Origin: an uncultured Enterobacteriaceae bacterium
GTDB lineage: Bacteria; Pseudomonadota; Gammaproteobacteria; Enterobacterales; Enterobacteriaceae
DNA length: 24,000 bases
NCBI GenBank assembly: GCA_966185765.1
Contig: CBIFVZ010000008.1
Span: forward strand, 48,176-72,175
Reading direction: 5' to 3'
Part shown: positions 15,907 to 24,000 of the stretch, piece after piece
Layout of the letters: the number at the start of each line of letters is the position of its first letter
How positions within the stretch are numbered: the first letter of the stretch is position 1
Notes under the pieces: generated by a model
What the model saw: only the letters and a program-made list of their open reading frames with translations
Database searches by the model: none
Told to the model about the DNA's origin: nothing
Made by a program: the position numbers and the translations under genes

Positions 15907-17355
15907 CTACTCAATGATCTGCGCGATTTTATTTTCCATCCACGGATAAAACGGATTGGATGAAACGCGAATCAGTGACTCAACGCCTGCATTCAGCACC
16001 CCGGTTTCCCCACGAATACTGATAGCCCCGATACTGATGCCAAATTCATTGCGTTTATCGGGCGTGCGACCATACAACGAGTCACTTTCCGGGAACGGCA
16101 ACGCGATGTGTGACAGCGAGTAAACATCCGGGGGCCAGCGCAGATTAAGGGGTTCGGCCTGGGAGCCAGGTTGCCCTGCGGGGGTGACAAGCGCGTGCAC
16201 CTGCGGCGTGTCGGCAGACAGATTGGTGATAACCGTTGTCTGGTAGCGACGCGGTGCAGAAGGCAACAGCCGTGACACCGCAGTCCATGCATCGGGTGTC
16301 AGTAGCGGGCGATAGATTGCTGCCTGGTTGATATCAAACAGCACCAGTTCGCTGCCATTTGCGGGCAAGTGCTGGTAAAACGCACTCACAACGGCGTCTG
16401 TACGTACGGTGGCATCGACAACCGACTGAAACGTCAGCACTGGCGGTAGCCTGGCAATATCGCCATTATCCGCCGCGCCAGCGAGAGATTTTTGCAGTTT
16501 TTTGGTCAAAAGCCAGGACTGGCGTGCTGCATTGACGGGAAATGAATTGTACTTAAAGGGGTTAAACTCTGGCTGTGTGCTAAGCCAGGCCGAGCGTGCA
16601 AAAGCCGGAAATACCGCTGGTAATCCGGCCAGTCCCGCAAAGCGCGCAAAACTTGTCACACCAATCATCGGAGAAATTAGTACGATGCGTTTTGGCATAC
16701 GCAGCGTATTGTCGTGCAGCGCATCCAGCGCGTACTGCATCGCCAGTGCCCCGCCGTTAGAATAACCAACCAGATGCAATGGCACTGTTGGGTCTGTCAG
16801 CGACGCTGCTTCTCGCACAGCAAGGCGCGCCGCAGCCTGCCAGTGAGTCGTTGTCACATCTGTCAATGCGCCGGGCACCGTACCGTGGCCTGGCAGACGA
16901 ATGCCTACCGCGACATAACCGTGTTGGCGATAAAGTTCTGCCACATGGCGAAGACTATAGGGGGAGTCCGTTAAGCCGTGCAGCAGAACGACGGCCCCCC
17001 GAGGTTTGCCTGCTGGCTTTAGTACATAAGAACGGTTCCAGTCGGTGGTAAATTTTTCTGGCCAGACCAGCCCGTCAGCATAATACCGATTAAGTGGCGT
17101 TTTTGACTCAGGTTTAAGCTTATCGGCAAGGTGCGTTTTTTCAGCCTCAAACAGCTGGTTTTCACGGTACAGGTAGTCGCTCCAGCGGGCGCTATCAATA
17201 GCCGCCGCGTCCATCTCTGGTGCAACCCAGGTATGCCACGGCTCCAGCGGTGGCCCACGCAGGGTGTCATACATACGCAGTGCCAGCATTCCGGCACCAA
17301 ACAGAAACAACGCCAGCAACGCACGCTTTGCCCACCTGCGGGTAAATTTCAGCAT
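15907..17355 (-). CDS. Alpha/beta-fold hydrolase with an N-terminal membrane anchor (lipase/esterase-like)
   Basis: 482 aa. N-terminal TM segment ALLALFLFGAGMLAL. Oxyanion-region motif VVLLHGLTDSP. Nucleophile elbow GYSNGG (G-x-S-x-G). Confidence 0.8.
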   Translation of the reverse strand: MLKFTRRWAKRALLALFLFGAGMLALRMYDTLRGPPLEPWHTWVAPEMDAAAIDSARWSDYLYRENQLFEAEKTHLADKLKPESKTPLNRYYADGLVWPEKFTTDWNRSYVLKPAGKPRGAVVLLHGLTDSPYSLRHVAELYRQHGYVAVGIRLPGHGTVPGALTDVTTTHWQAAARLAVREAASLTDPTVPLHLVGYSNGGALAMQYALDALHDNTLRMPKRIVLISPMIGVTSFARFAGLAGLPAVFPAFARSAWLSTQPEFNPFKYNSFPVNAARQSWLLTKKLQKSLAGAADNGDIARLPPVLTFQSVVDATVRTDAVVSAFYQHLPANGSELVLFDINQAAIYRPLLTPDAWTAVSRLLPSAPRRYQTTVITNLSADTPQVHALVTPAGQPGSQAEPLNLRWPPDVYSLSHIALPFPESDSLYGRTPDKRNEFGISIGAISIRGETGVLNAGVESLIRVSSNPFYPWMENKIAQIIE

Positions 17356-17437
17356 TGTTGAACCATTATTATGAGAAAGTGATTATCAGGCATAGTAGCG
17401 CTGCGTGCTGGTCGGGTACACATCCTGTATGCCATAT

Positions 17438-18220
17438 TCAGCTTTCCGGCAGGAGCATCACCATTTTCACCGCGCGATTGCCGCTAAGATGCCAGGACAC
17501 CTGGGTATAACGCAGCTCACCAGAAACAATATGGTGAAAATGACGCTCTCCGCCCCGGCGCTCTACTACCTGCTGGCGCGCCCACTGTGTGCGAAACGCG
17601 TCACTTGTCGTCGACATCTCGTGGATAAATGCCTGTAAGCGCGGCTCCTGCATATAATGAATCCCTTCGGCGCGCAGTTCAGCCACAATGCGCCCACAGC
17701 GCGTGTCCCAGTCCGGTACCAGGCTTTTCGCCAGCGGATGCATAAACATAAACTTCATCATGTTAGGTGCGTTATCACTATCGAGCCAACCGCTGAACAA
17801 GGTTTCGGCAGCATGGTTCCAGGCCAGCAAATCCCATGTTAAATCCAGCACATAACATGGCGTGCTGACCTGATGTACGCATGCGAGTACGCTGCTGTTC
17901 ACACCACTCGCTTGTTCGTCACGGCTGTCGGTTAACTGCGCCAGACGAAACAGATAGCCGCGTTCGGTCGCGTCCATGCGTAACGCATTGGCGATACTGG
18001 AAAGTGTTCTGGCGGAAACCGCTACATCGCGCCCCTGCTCTATCCAGGTATACCAGGTGGTACTTATTCCACTGAGCTGTGCCAGTTCCTCGCGGCGTAG
18101 TCCGCGAGTGCGACGTCTTGGCGTAGCAGGTAGCCCCAGTGTTTCAGGTAGCGTATTTTCACGCCGGGTACGCAGGAATTGGCCCAGTGCTTTGGGGCCG
18201 GAAAGTGCGTCATCGCTCAT
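17438..18220 (-). CDS. MmyB-like transcriptional regulator (N-terminal XRE-type HTH plus C-terminal ligand-binding domain)
   Basis: LGQFLRTRRENTLPETLGLPATPRRRTRGLRREELAQLSGISTTWYTWIEQGRDVAVSARTLSSIANAL is the hallmark N-terminus of MmyB-family regulators. Length is 260 aa. Confidence 0.8.
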   Translation of the reverse strand: MSDDALSGPKALGQFLRTRRENTLPETLGLPATPRRRTRGLRREELAQLSGISTTWYTWIEQGRDVAVSARTLSSIANALRMDATERGYLFRLAQLTDSRDEQASGVNSSVLACVHQVSTPCYVLDLTWDLLAWNHAAETLFSGWLDSDNAPNMMKFMFMHPLAKSLVPDWDTRCGRIVAELRAEGIHYMQEPRLQAFIHEMSTTSDAFRTQWARQQVVERRGGERHFHHIVSGELRYTQVSWHLSGNRAVKMVMLLPES

Positions 18221-18268
18221 CGTGGTATCAGCCAGTACTAGTATAAATGCTCATATTGTACCCGTATG

Positions 18269-18296
18269 TTGTGCAACGTATAGTCGATTTGCACAA
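18269..18296. promoter_or_regulatory. Inverted repeat in the divergent regulator/methyltransferase intergenic region (candidate operator)
   Basis: TTGTGCAA-N12-TTGCACAA has perfect 8-bp arms. It lies 25 bp upstream of the methyltransferase ATG and 49 bp upstream of the regulator ATG. Confidence 0.35.
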
Positions 18297-18320
18297 CAAC
18301 GACAGATAAGGAAGCAAATC

Positions 18321-19079
18321 ATGAATAATAACCACCGGGCGCTGGTCGACGGCCAGTTTGGTGAACAGGCACAGGCCTATCTGCACAGTGCGGTACATGC
18401 GCAGGGAAGCGATCTTGAACGACTGGCCGCCTGGCTTGCCGCCACGCCTGACGCACGGGTGCTTGATATGGGTTGCGGTGCAGGACACGCCAGTTTTGTC
18501 GCTGCGAACGTTGTGGCATCCGTGGTCGCCTACGATCTGTCGGATCGTATGCTGGCGGTGGTGAATGAAGCCGCGCAGGCACGAAATCTCAGCAATATCA
18601 CCACCTGTCAGGGAATGGCCGAATATCTCCCCTTTGGTGATGGCGAGTTTGATGTGGTTATTAGCCGTTACTCGGCGCACCACTGGCACGACGTGGGCCG
18701 TGCCCTGCGTGAGGCAAAACGGGTATTGAAACCTGGCGGCACACTGATCGTCATTGATATCTGCTCACCTGGTCGCCCGACGCTGGATGTTTTTTTACAG
18801 ACCATCGAAATGTTACGCGACCCTTCTCACGTACGTGATTACACTCAGGGCGAGTGGTTAACTCAGGTGAACGAGGCTGGTTTTACCGTACGCGACCTGC
18901 GTAACGAACGGCTGGCGCTGGAGTTTAGTAGCTGGGTGAGCCGTATGAACACACCGCCTGAGCTGGTTGAGGCTATTCGTCTTCTGCAAAGTAAAGCGAC
19001 AGATGACGTGCGCCGTTATTTTGAGGTTGCTGCTGATGGTTCCTTTGCCAGTGACAGACTGATGTTCATGGCACAATAA
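18321..19079 (+). CDS. Class I SAM-dependent methyltransferase (Methyltransf_11-like)
   Basis: An AAGGAAG SD precedes the ATG at 18321. SAM motif I is VLDMGCGAGH, followed by DLSDRML, FDVVISRYSAHHW and LKPGGTLIVID. The 115-codon upstream extension is antisense to the MmyB-like gene and was rejected. Confidence 0.85.
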   Translation: MNNNHRALVDGQFGEQAQAYLHSAVHAQGSDLERLAAWLAATPDARVLDMGCGAGHASFVAANVVASVVAYDLSDRMLAVVNEAAQARNLSNITTCQGMAEYLPFGDGEFDVVISRYSAHHWHDVGRALREAKRVLKPGGTLIVIDICSPGRPTLDVFLQTIEMLRDPSHVRDYTQGEWLTQVNEAGFTVRDLRNERLALEFSSWVSRMNTPPELVEAIRLLQSKATDDVRRYFEVAADGSFASDRLMFMAQ

Positions 19080-19086
19080 AGCCTGT

Positions 19087-19112
19087 GCCGCCCACCGTGG
19101 CGGCGTTTTTTT
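19087..19112 (+). terminator. Rho-independent terminator after the methyltransferase gene
   Basis: GCCGCC-CACCGT-GGCGGC is followed by GTTTTTTT, starting 8 nt after the stop. Confidence 0.65.
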
Positions 19113-19180
19113 GACCTGATGTTCACTGTTTACAAGCTTGTGTTAATGTGGCTCTTTTATCACTTAATGGAGAGGCCGGG

Positions 19181-19420
19181 ATGGCTGAAGTGAGCATCAG
19201 CGAAAGCGAAAAAGATCTCATCCGCGATAAACTGGAAGCGTATTGCCGCGATAATCTGGATGTAGAGCTGGAACAATTCGACGCAGAGTTTTTATGTGAC
19301 TTTGTCGTAAAAGAGTTTGGTCCGCTGTTTTATAACGCCGGTATTGAAGAGGCTATTCGCACTCAGGCAGCATGGAGTGAACGTATCCAGGAAGAAATGG
19401 ATTTGAAGAAAATATTCTAG
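19181..19420 (+). CDS. DUF2164-family small acidic protein
   Basis: A GGAGAGG SD precedes the ATG at 19181. MAEVSISESEKDLIRDKLEAYCRDNLDVELEQFDAEFLCDFVVKEFGPLFYNAGIEEA fits the DUF2164 pattern as remembered. Confidence 0.6.
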   Translation: MAEVSISESEKDLIRDKLEAYCRDNLDVELEQFDAEFLCDFVVKEFGPLFYNAGIEEAIRTQAAWSERIQEEMDLKKIF

Positions 19421-19455
19421 TATCACGTTTTTGCGGCAGTTTTACGGCATAAGCG

Positions 19456-19507
19456 CGACGTGCAATGGGCAACGTCAGTGTGCTGCAACGTCGGTCCCCC
19501 TTTTTCT
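19456..19507 (+). terminator. Possible terminator/structured element after the DUF2164 gene
   Basis: CGACGTGCA (19456..19464) pairs with TGCAACGTCG (19484..19493), giving 9 bp with one bulged A. GTCCCCCTTTTTCTT follows. The loop is long and the U-tract is offset from the stem. Confidence 0.3.
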
Positions 19508-19706
19508 TGCGCGAATATAGTATATCGACAATCACAGACTTATCTCGTCTGCCCTCGGGCGTTGCTGCGTTGCCAGCGCTTGCCCTTACACCAGACCCTT
19601 TTAATCACTTTTGACCCGTAAGCGTCTGTCACGCCTGAAACTGCTGCTTTTTTTAAAACTGACCCGCAGATCGCGGGCCAGTAAAAATAAGCACATGACA
19701 CGGGCG

Positions 19707-21083
19707 TTAACGTGACACTGTCACCCCTTCTTTTTGTGTCTCGCTCACGCGCAGGAACAGCGCACAGGTGGCGGCCAGCCCACAGAATGCGGCGCACATT
19801 AGCCACCAGGCCGGTGCGCTACGGCTACCGGTAAACTCAACCAGTGCGGTGGAAATCACCGGCGTGAGGCCACCAAACACCGCCGTTGCCAGGCTAAACG
19901 CCAGCGAGAATCCCACGGTTCGCACGTAGACGGGCATGATTTCAGTGAGTGCAGCCACCATTGCACCGTTATACATGCCAAAAAAGAATGAGAACCACAA
20001 CAGCACCACCGTCATGCGGGTAAAATCTGGCGCGGCCGTAAGCCAGGTCATGGCAGGCCAGGTGGTCAGCAGCGCCAGTACGGTAATGCTCAGCAACACG
20101 GCACGGCGCCCGACGCGGTCTGAAATGGCCCCGCCTATCGGTAACCAGAAAAAGTTAGAAATACCCACCAGCATTGTCACCGTCAGACTCTCTTCTGCAC
20201 TCAGATGCAGCACCGTTTTGCCATAGGTCGGTGTGTAAACGGTAATAAAATAGAACGTGGTGGTGGTCATGGCTACAAGCAGCGTACCTGCCAGCACTCG
20301 CCGCCAGTTCTGCGCAATGGTGCGGAAAATCTCTTTACTGTCCGGGCGGTGGCGACGTTGCAGAAACGCTTCGGTTTCCTGCAACGAGCGGCGCAGGACA
20401 AAAATGAGCGGAATTATCATACAACCGATAAAAAACGGAATGCGCCAGGCCCACTGGCTGATTTCATCCGGGCTGAACAGCTGGTTAAGACCGTAGCCAA
20501 GCAGCGCGGCAAATACAATCGCGACCTGCTGGCTGGCAGACTGCCAGCTGGTATAAAAGCCCTTATGCCCTGGCGTGGCAATTTCAGAGAGATACACCGA
20601 CACGCCGCCAAGCTCTACCCCTGCGGAAAACCCCTGCAATAACCTGCCCACAAGCACCAGCAGCGGCGCGGCAATACCGAGTGTGGCGTAACCAGGCACA
20701 AGCGCAATCAGCAGCGTGCCACAGCCCATTATTCCGAGCGTGACCATCAGCCCCTTGCGCCGCCCAATACGGTCAATATAGGAACCGAGTACGATAGCGC
20801 CGATGGGGCGCATCAGGAACCCGGAGCCAAACACGGCAAATGTCAGCATGAGTGAGGCAAACTCACTTCCCGCAGGAAAAAACACATGTGCGATGTGCGT
20901 GGCGTAAAAGCCAAACAGGAAGAAGTCGAACTGCTCAAGGAAATTACCGCTGGTGACGCGCAGGATCGCACCCACCTTTCCTCTGCGCCCGTTTGGGTGT
21001 TGAGAGACAGGATTATTCACGGTCAGGTTCTCCATTGTACATTGCTGTAGGGCGGCTCTGCGGCCGCAGGTTTTTTTAGTCAT
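19707..21083 (-). CDS. tcuC: Tricarballylate/proton symporter, MFS family
   Basis: [30 protein letters not shown]...[28 protein letters not shown] is collinear with Salmonella TcuC, and the gene lies downstream of tcuAB. The true start may be the ATG at 21035 (MENLTVNN...). Neither candidate start has a strong SD. Confidence 0.85.
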   Translation of the reverse strand: MTKKTCGRRAALQQCTMENLTVNNPVSQHPNGRRGKVGAILRVTSGNFLEQFDFFLFGFYATHIAHVFFPAGSEFASLMLTFAVFGSGFLMRPIGAIVLGSYIDRIGRRKGLMVTLGIMGCGTLLIALVPGYATLGIAAPLLVLVGRLLQGFSAGVELGGVSVYLSEIATPGHKGFYTSWQSASQQVAIVFAALLGYGLNQLFSPDEISQWAWRIPFFIGCMIIPLIFVLRRSLQETEAFLQRRHRPDSKEIFRTIAQNWRRVLAGTLLVAMTTTTFYFITVYTPTYGKTVLHLSAEESLTVTMLVGISNFFWLPIGGAISDRVGRRAVLLSITVLALLTTWPAMTWLTAAPDFTRMTVVLLWFSFFFGMYNGAMVAALTEIMPVYVRTVGFSLAFSLATAVFGGLTPVISTALVEFTGSRSAPAWWLMCAAFCGLAATCALFLRVSETQKEGVTVSR

Positions 21084-21114
21084 ATCAAGCGCCGCCTGCC
21101 TGGCAGCGCGAGTT

Positions 21115-22236
21115 TTAACGCTGGCGTTTCTCTATTGCCCACTTCAGTAACGCGGCGCAACGGTAGAAGCCGTGGGCAAACTTGCCGTACGGCAGAGTCA
21201 GAAACAGGGCCATCACCATTCCCAGATGCACAGCAAGCAGTGCCCCCATAGCGGTACTGTCACGCCACGCCAGTAGCGCTAGCCCACTGAGACTGATAAG
21301 CAACAGCAGCAGGCAAAAGCCACGGTCCATCCCTTTTTGCTGAGCGTCACCATGCAATGGCGCACGTTTGATATTGAGCCACAGTAAACCGGCTGGCCCG
21401 ATGCAAAGCCCGATACCGCCGAGCGTGCCAAGTACCACCGGTAAGCTGAACAGTGGATATGGCGCTTCCTGCCCCAGCAGGTAGTGATAACCCGTCGCAA
21501 CAAGGGTTGCGGCAAAACAGAGCATGAACCCGTAAAACGTAAAGTGGTGAAACAGGCGGCGGCGCTGGGTAAAGCGGTCGTTTTCATCGTTGCAGCCTTC
21601 GCCGTGACCACCGTCGAGGTATTTGAGCGTCAGTGCGTTGCCCGCGGCTTCAAGCGCTGCCGGTGCCTGTGGTATGCCGCCCGAAATACCGCGCCAGAAA
21701 CGCACCACGCCGGTCATCAGCACCACCAGTGCGCAGATAAAAACGCTGCCAAACATGGCTGCCAGCAAACCGTGAGGGAAAATGCGGTAGAAATTACCTG
21801 CCAGAGGTTCATGCATCAGACCGCCCTGCATCGCCACGGCCAGCAGTAAAAACAGGCTCAGGCAACCCGCCAGCGCCAGTACGGTAGTCATACCGGCGTG
21901 GCGGTAAAGTGACGCGAATCGCGGTGGCCATGCGTAGCTCTGGTAAGTTTCCAGACGTACTTTTGCCATTGCCTGCGGTACGGTAATCGCAAACTCATGC
22001 GGTGGCGCATACTGGCAGGCGTGCAGGCAGGCACCACAGTTGTGACACAGGTTCGCAAGGTAGTTCACGTCCGCCTTGTTGAATTCAAGCCGGTGGGTCA
22101 TAGCGGGAAAAACGGCACAGAACCCTTCGCAATAGCGACAGGCATTGCACACCTGCATAACGCGCGCGACTTCCGCTTCATTCGGACTCAGCACCTGAGC
22201 CTCTTCAATTAAGACATCAATATTAAGCCGCTGCAT
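21115..22236 (-). CDS. tcuB: Tricarballylate utilisation protein TcuB (membrane 4Fe-4S protein)
   Basis: [14 protein letters not shown]...[15 protein letters not shown]...[19 protein letters not shown] shows two Cys clusters followed by a multi-TM C-terminal half. A GAGGTG SD precedes the ATG at 22236, and the gene overlaps the tcuA stop by 14 nt. Confidence 0.9.
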   Translation of the reverse strand: MQRLNIDVLIEEAQVLSPNEAEVARVMQVCNACRYCEGFCAVFPAMTHRLEFNKADVNYLANLCHNCGACLHACQYAPPHEFAITVPQAMAKVRLETYQSYAWPPRFASLYRHAGMTTVLALAGCLSLFLLLAVAMQGGLMHEPLAGNFYRIFPHGLLAAMFGSVFICALVVLMTGVVRFWRGISGGIPQAPAALEAAGNALTLKYLDGGHGEGCNDENDRFTQRRRLFHHFTFYGFMLCFAATLVATGYHYLLGQEAPYPLFSLPVVLGTLGGIGLCIGPAGLLWLNIKRAPLHGDAQQKGMDRGFCLLLLLISLSGLALLAWRDSTAMGALLAVHLGMVMALFLTLPYGKFAHGFYRCAALLKWAIEKRQR

Positions 22237-23629
22237 GGCGCACCTCACGTTTCACGGCAGCCCGGGCTGCTTCACGTCCGGCAATACAGCCAAAGGTGGT
22301 GCCAATCGACATGCCCACGCCTGCGGTATAGCCTTTACCCAGCACGTTACCTGCCATCATTTCACCAGCCACAAAAAGGTTGTCAGAGGGTTGTCCGTTA
22401 AAGTGGACCGCAGCATGTTCGTTCACCTTTAGTCCCAGGTAGGTAAAGGTGATGCCGGGGCGCAGTGCATAGCCGTAAAAAGGCGGTGTATCAATCGGGC
22501 GCGCCCAGTGGCTTTTCACGGGGGACAGCCCTTCTGTGTGGCAGTCATCCAGGATAGCGTGGTTGAAATGACCTGTACGGCAGGCGCGGTTATAGTCATT
22601 AACCGTCTGCTCAAACCGGGTTGCGTCCAGCCCCAGCTGTTGTGCCAGGCCGGCAAGGGTTTGCGACTGCGCACCGGGAAATACCGGCGGCATGAAATGG
22701 CCAGGCGCTTTCGCATCAATAATTGAAAAACCGATTTGTCCGGGCTGCTGCGCCACCAGGCGGCCCCAGATGGCATAGCGTTTTGGCCAGAAGTCCTCAC
22801 CTTCGTCGTAAAAACGCGCTGCATCACGGTTGACCACAATGCCCAGCGACACGCAGTCAACGCGGGTACAGATGCCGCCGTCATAACGCGGTGCGCGGGC
22901 ATCAATCGCGACGCAATGGGACTGGGACGGCTCGCCAATGATATCGGCCCCGGCGTCCATCATGAATTTCAGCAACACGCCCTGGTTAAACCGCGTGCCG
23001 CGAATAAGAAAGTTATCGGCGGGCCATTCGCCTGCGGCATTCTGTCCCCAGGCCTCCCGCAGCCAGTCCCGGTTGGATTCAAACCCTCCACAGGCCAGCA
23101 CGCAACTGCGGGCAGTAATACGTTCTTTTCCAGCATGCGCCGCAATAAAGCGCCCGTCTTTCAGCTCCAGCGCATCAACCGGCGTGTCATAGCGAATCTG
23201 CACACCGAGCTTTTCCGCGCTGCGATAATAGGCATTTACCAGCGCTTTACCCCCGCCCATGAAAAACGCATTGGTGCGTGCGACATGTAATGCGCCGGAA
23301 AGCGGTGGTTGAAAATGCACGCCGTGGCGGCGCATCCAGTCGCGGCAGGTGGATGAGGTACGGATCACCAGTCGCGCCAGCGCCTCGTTAGTTTGCCCCT
23401 GCGTTACACGCAGTAAATCCTGCCAGAACTCTTCTTCCGGGTAGCTGTCGACCAGCACATCCTGTGGCCCGTCGTGCATACAGCGTAAATTGCGGGTATG
23501 AGCAGAGTTGCCACCGCGCCACGCTCTGGGCGCGGCTTCCAGCAACAGCACTGAGGCTCCGGCTTCACGTGCGGTGAGGGCCGCGCACAACGCCGCATTG
23601 CCGCCGCCAATAACAAGCACGTCAAACAT
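22223..23629 (-). CDS. tcuA: FAD-dependent tricarballylate dehydrogenase TcuA
   Basis: [31 protein letters not shown] is an FAD Rossmann motif. Length is 468 aa and a GGAG SD precedes the ATG. It sits at the head of tcuABC. Confidence 0.9.
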   Translation of the reverse strand: MFDVLVIGGGNAALCAALTAREAGASVLLLEAAPRAWRGGNSAHTRNLRCMHDGPQDVLVDSYPEEEFWQDLLRVTQGQTNEALARLVIRTSSTCRDWMRRHGVHFQPPLSGALHVARTNAFFMGGGKALVNAYYRSAEKLGVQIRYDTPVDALELKDGRFIAAHAGKERITARSCVLACGGFESNRDWLREAWGQNAAGEWPADNFLIRGTRFNQGVLLKFMMDAGADIIGEPSQSHCVAIDARAPRYDGGICTRVDCVSLGIVVNRDAARFYDEGEDFWPKRYAIWGRLVAQQPGQIGFSIIDAKAPGHFMPPVFPGAQSQTLAGLAQQLGLDATRFEQTVNDYNRACRTGHFNHAILDDCHTEGLSPVKSHWARPIDTPPFYGYALRPGITFTYLGLKVNEHAAVHFNGQPSDNLFVAGEMMAGNVLGKGYTAGVGMSIGTTFGCIAGREAARAAVKREVRHAAA

Positions 23630-23713
23630 AGTCAGACTCCATTGTTACTTACTTGTTATGGAACTGTATGTTTTATGACAAGGCAGCGACACGCTGAGTG
23701 GCTAAAGGGGGGT

Positions 23714-24000
23714 TTACATTTCGTAAAGGCGGGCACCTGGCCAGCGACCATCGGTGACTAGTCGGGTCATGACATCAAGCAAGACCACTCTGGCCGCCAT
23801 TCCGGCAGGTGAAAGCTCATCGTCATTAAGGCTTACCAGCAGATTTACCCGACGTGATGCCGGTGCGTCCAGTGCCAGCACGCGTAACGGTTCATCATGC
23901 AGACGCGAGACGGCAGCGCCTGGTTGTATTGTTACCCCCAGACCGCCGCGTACTGCCTCCATCAGCAGTGCCAGACCATCAATATCTATCACTGAATTGA
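23714..24000 (-). CDS. tcuR: LysR-family regulator, C-terminal part only (probable TcuR); the N-terminus lies beyond the window
   Basis: The frame is open to the window edge. The C-terminal effector-domain-like sequence is ...LLMEAVRGGLGVTIQPGAAVSRL...RVNLLVSLNDDELSPAG. The gene is immediately upstream of, and co-directional with, tcuA, as in Salmonella tcuRABC. Confidence 0.7.
   Translation of the reverse strand, partial: NSVIDIDGLALLMEAVRGGLGVTIQPGAAVSRLHDEPLRVLALDAPASRRVNLLVSLNDDELSPAGMAARVVLLDVMTRLVTDGRWPGARLYEM

Noticed and set aside
17976-18320. 115-codon upstream extension that makes the methyltransferase 367 aa long.
   Set aside because: The extension is antisense to the MmyB-like regulator gene and runs through the intergenic promoter region. 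The SD and the family-typical N-terminus are at 18321.
22516-23290. 140-aa (-) and 184-aa (+) ORFs inside tcuA. Similar internal ORFs occur in tcuB, tcuC and maeA.
   Set aside because: They are shadow ORFs, out of frame or antisense, within genes that show strong full-length family similarity.
1-24000. Search by eye for CRISPR repeats, IS inverted repeats/transposases, integrases, tRNA/rRNA genes and phage or defence-system signatures (nucleases, helicases, methylase-restriction pairs, TA modules).
   Set aside because: None was recognised. Every long ORF has a metabolic, transport or regulatory assignment. Short dispersed repeats cannot be excluded without a computational self-alignment (dot plot) of the window.

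Overview
This looks like a chromosomal segment from an Enterobacteriaceae genome of the Klebsiella/Enterobacter type. That judgement rests on a ramR-romA-ramA locus plus E. coli-like maeA, digH/yddW, arsRBC and Salmonella-like tcuRABC. All family assignments come from motifs and remembered reference sequences; no database search was possible.

Layout:
- (a) 1 to ~7035 is an accessory-looking block. It holds a minus-strand, translationally coupled operon: a COG4671-like GT-B glycosyltransferase, two GT4 glycosyltransferases, a fused TMD-NBD ABC exporter, and a further gene cut by the window edge. A ~470-bp AT-rich region separates this operon from a divergent AHL-type LuxR-family regulator. That regulator keeps all canonical ligand-binding residues and has a lux-box-like palindrome just upstream. 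No luxI is present in the window.
- (b) The block abuts a decaying ars operon. arsC is reduced to ~14 recognisable codons. arsB carries one in-frame TGA at conserved Trp54. arsR and its palindromic operator/promoter are intact.
- (c) A ~720-bp stretch follows with only one plausible small ORF.
- (d) ramA-romA lies divergent from ramR, with the RamR operator palindrome between them.
- (e) The remaining genes are maeA, a Tyr-rich membrane mini-ORF, digH/yddW, a small hypothetical ORF, a membrane-anchored alpha/beta hydrolase, an MmyB-like HTH regulator divergent from a SAM methyltransferase, a DUF2164 protein, and tcuC-tcuB-tcuA-tcuR (tcuR partial).

No rRNA, tRNA, CRISPR array, IS element, integrase or recombinase was recognised. 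The best candidate for an undescribed system is the LuxR-solo-linked glycosyltransferase/ABC-exporter locus.
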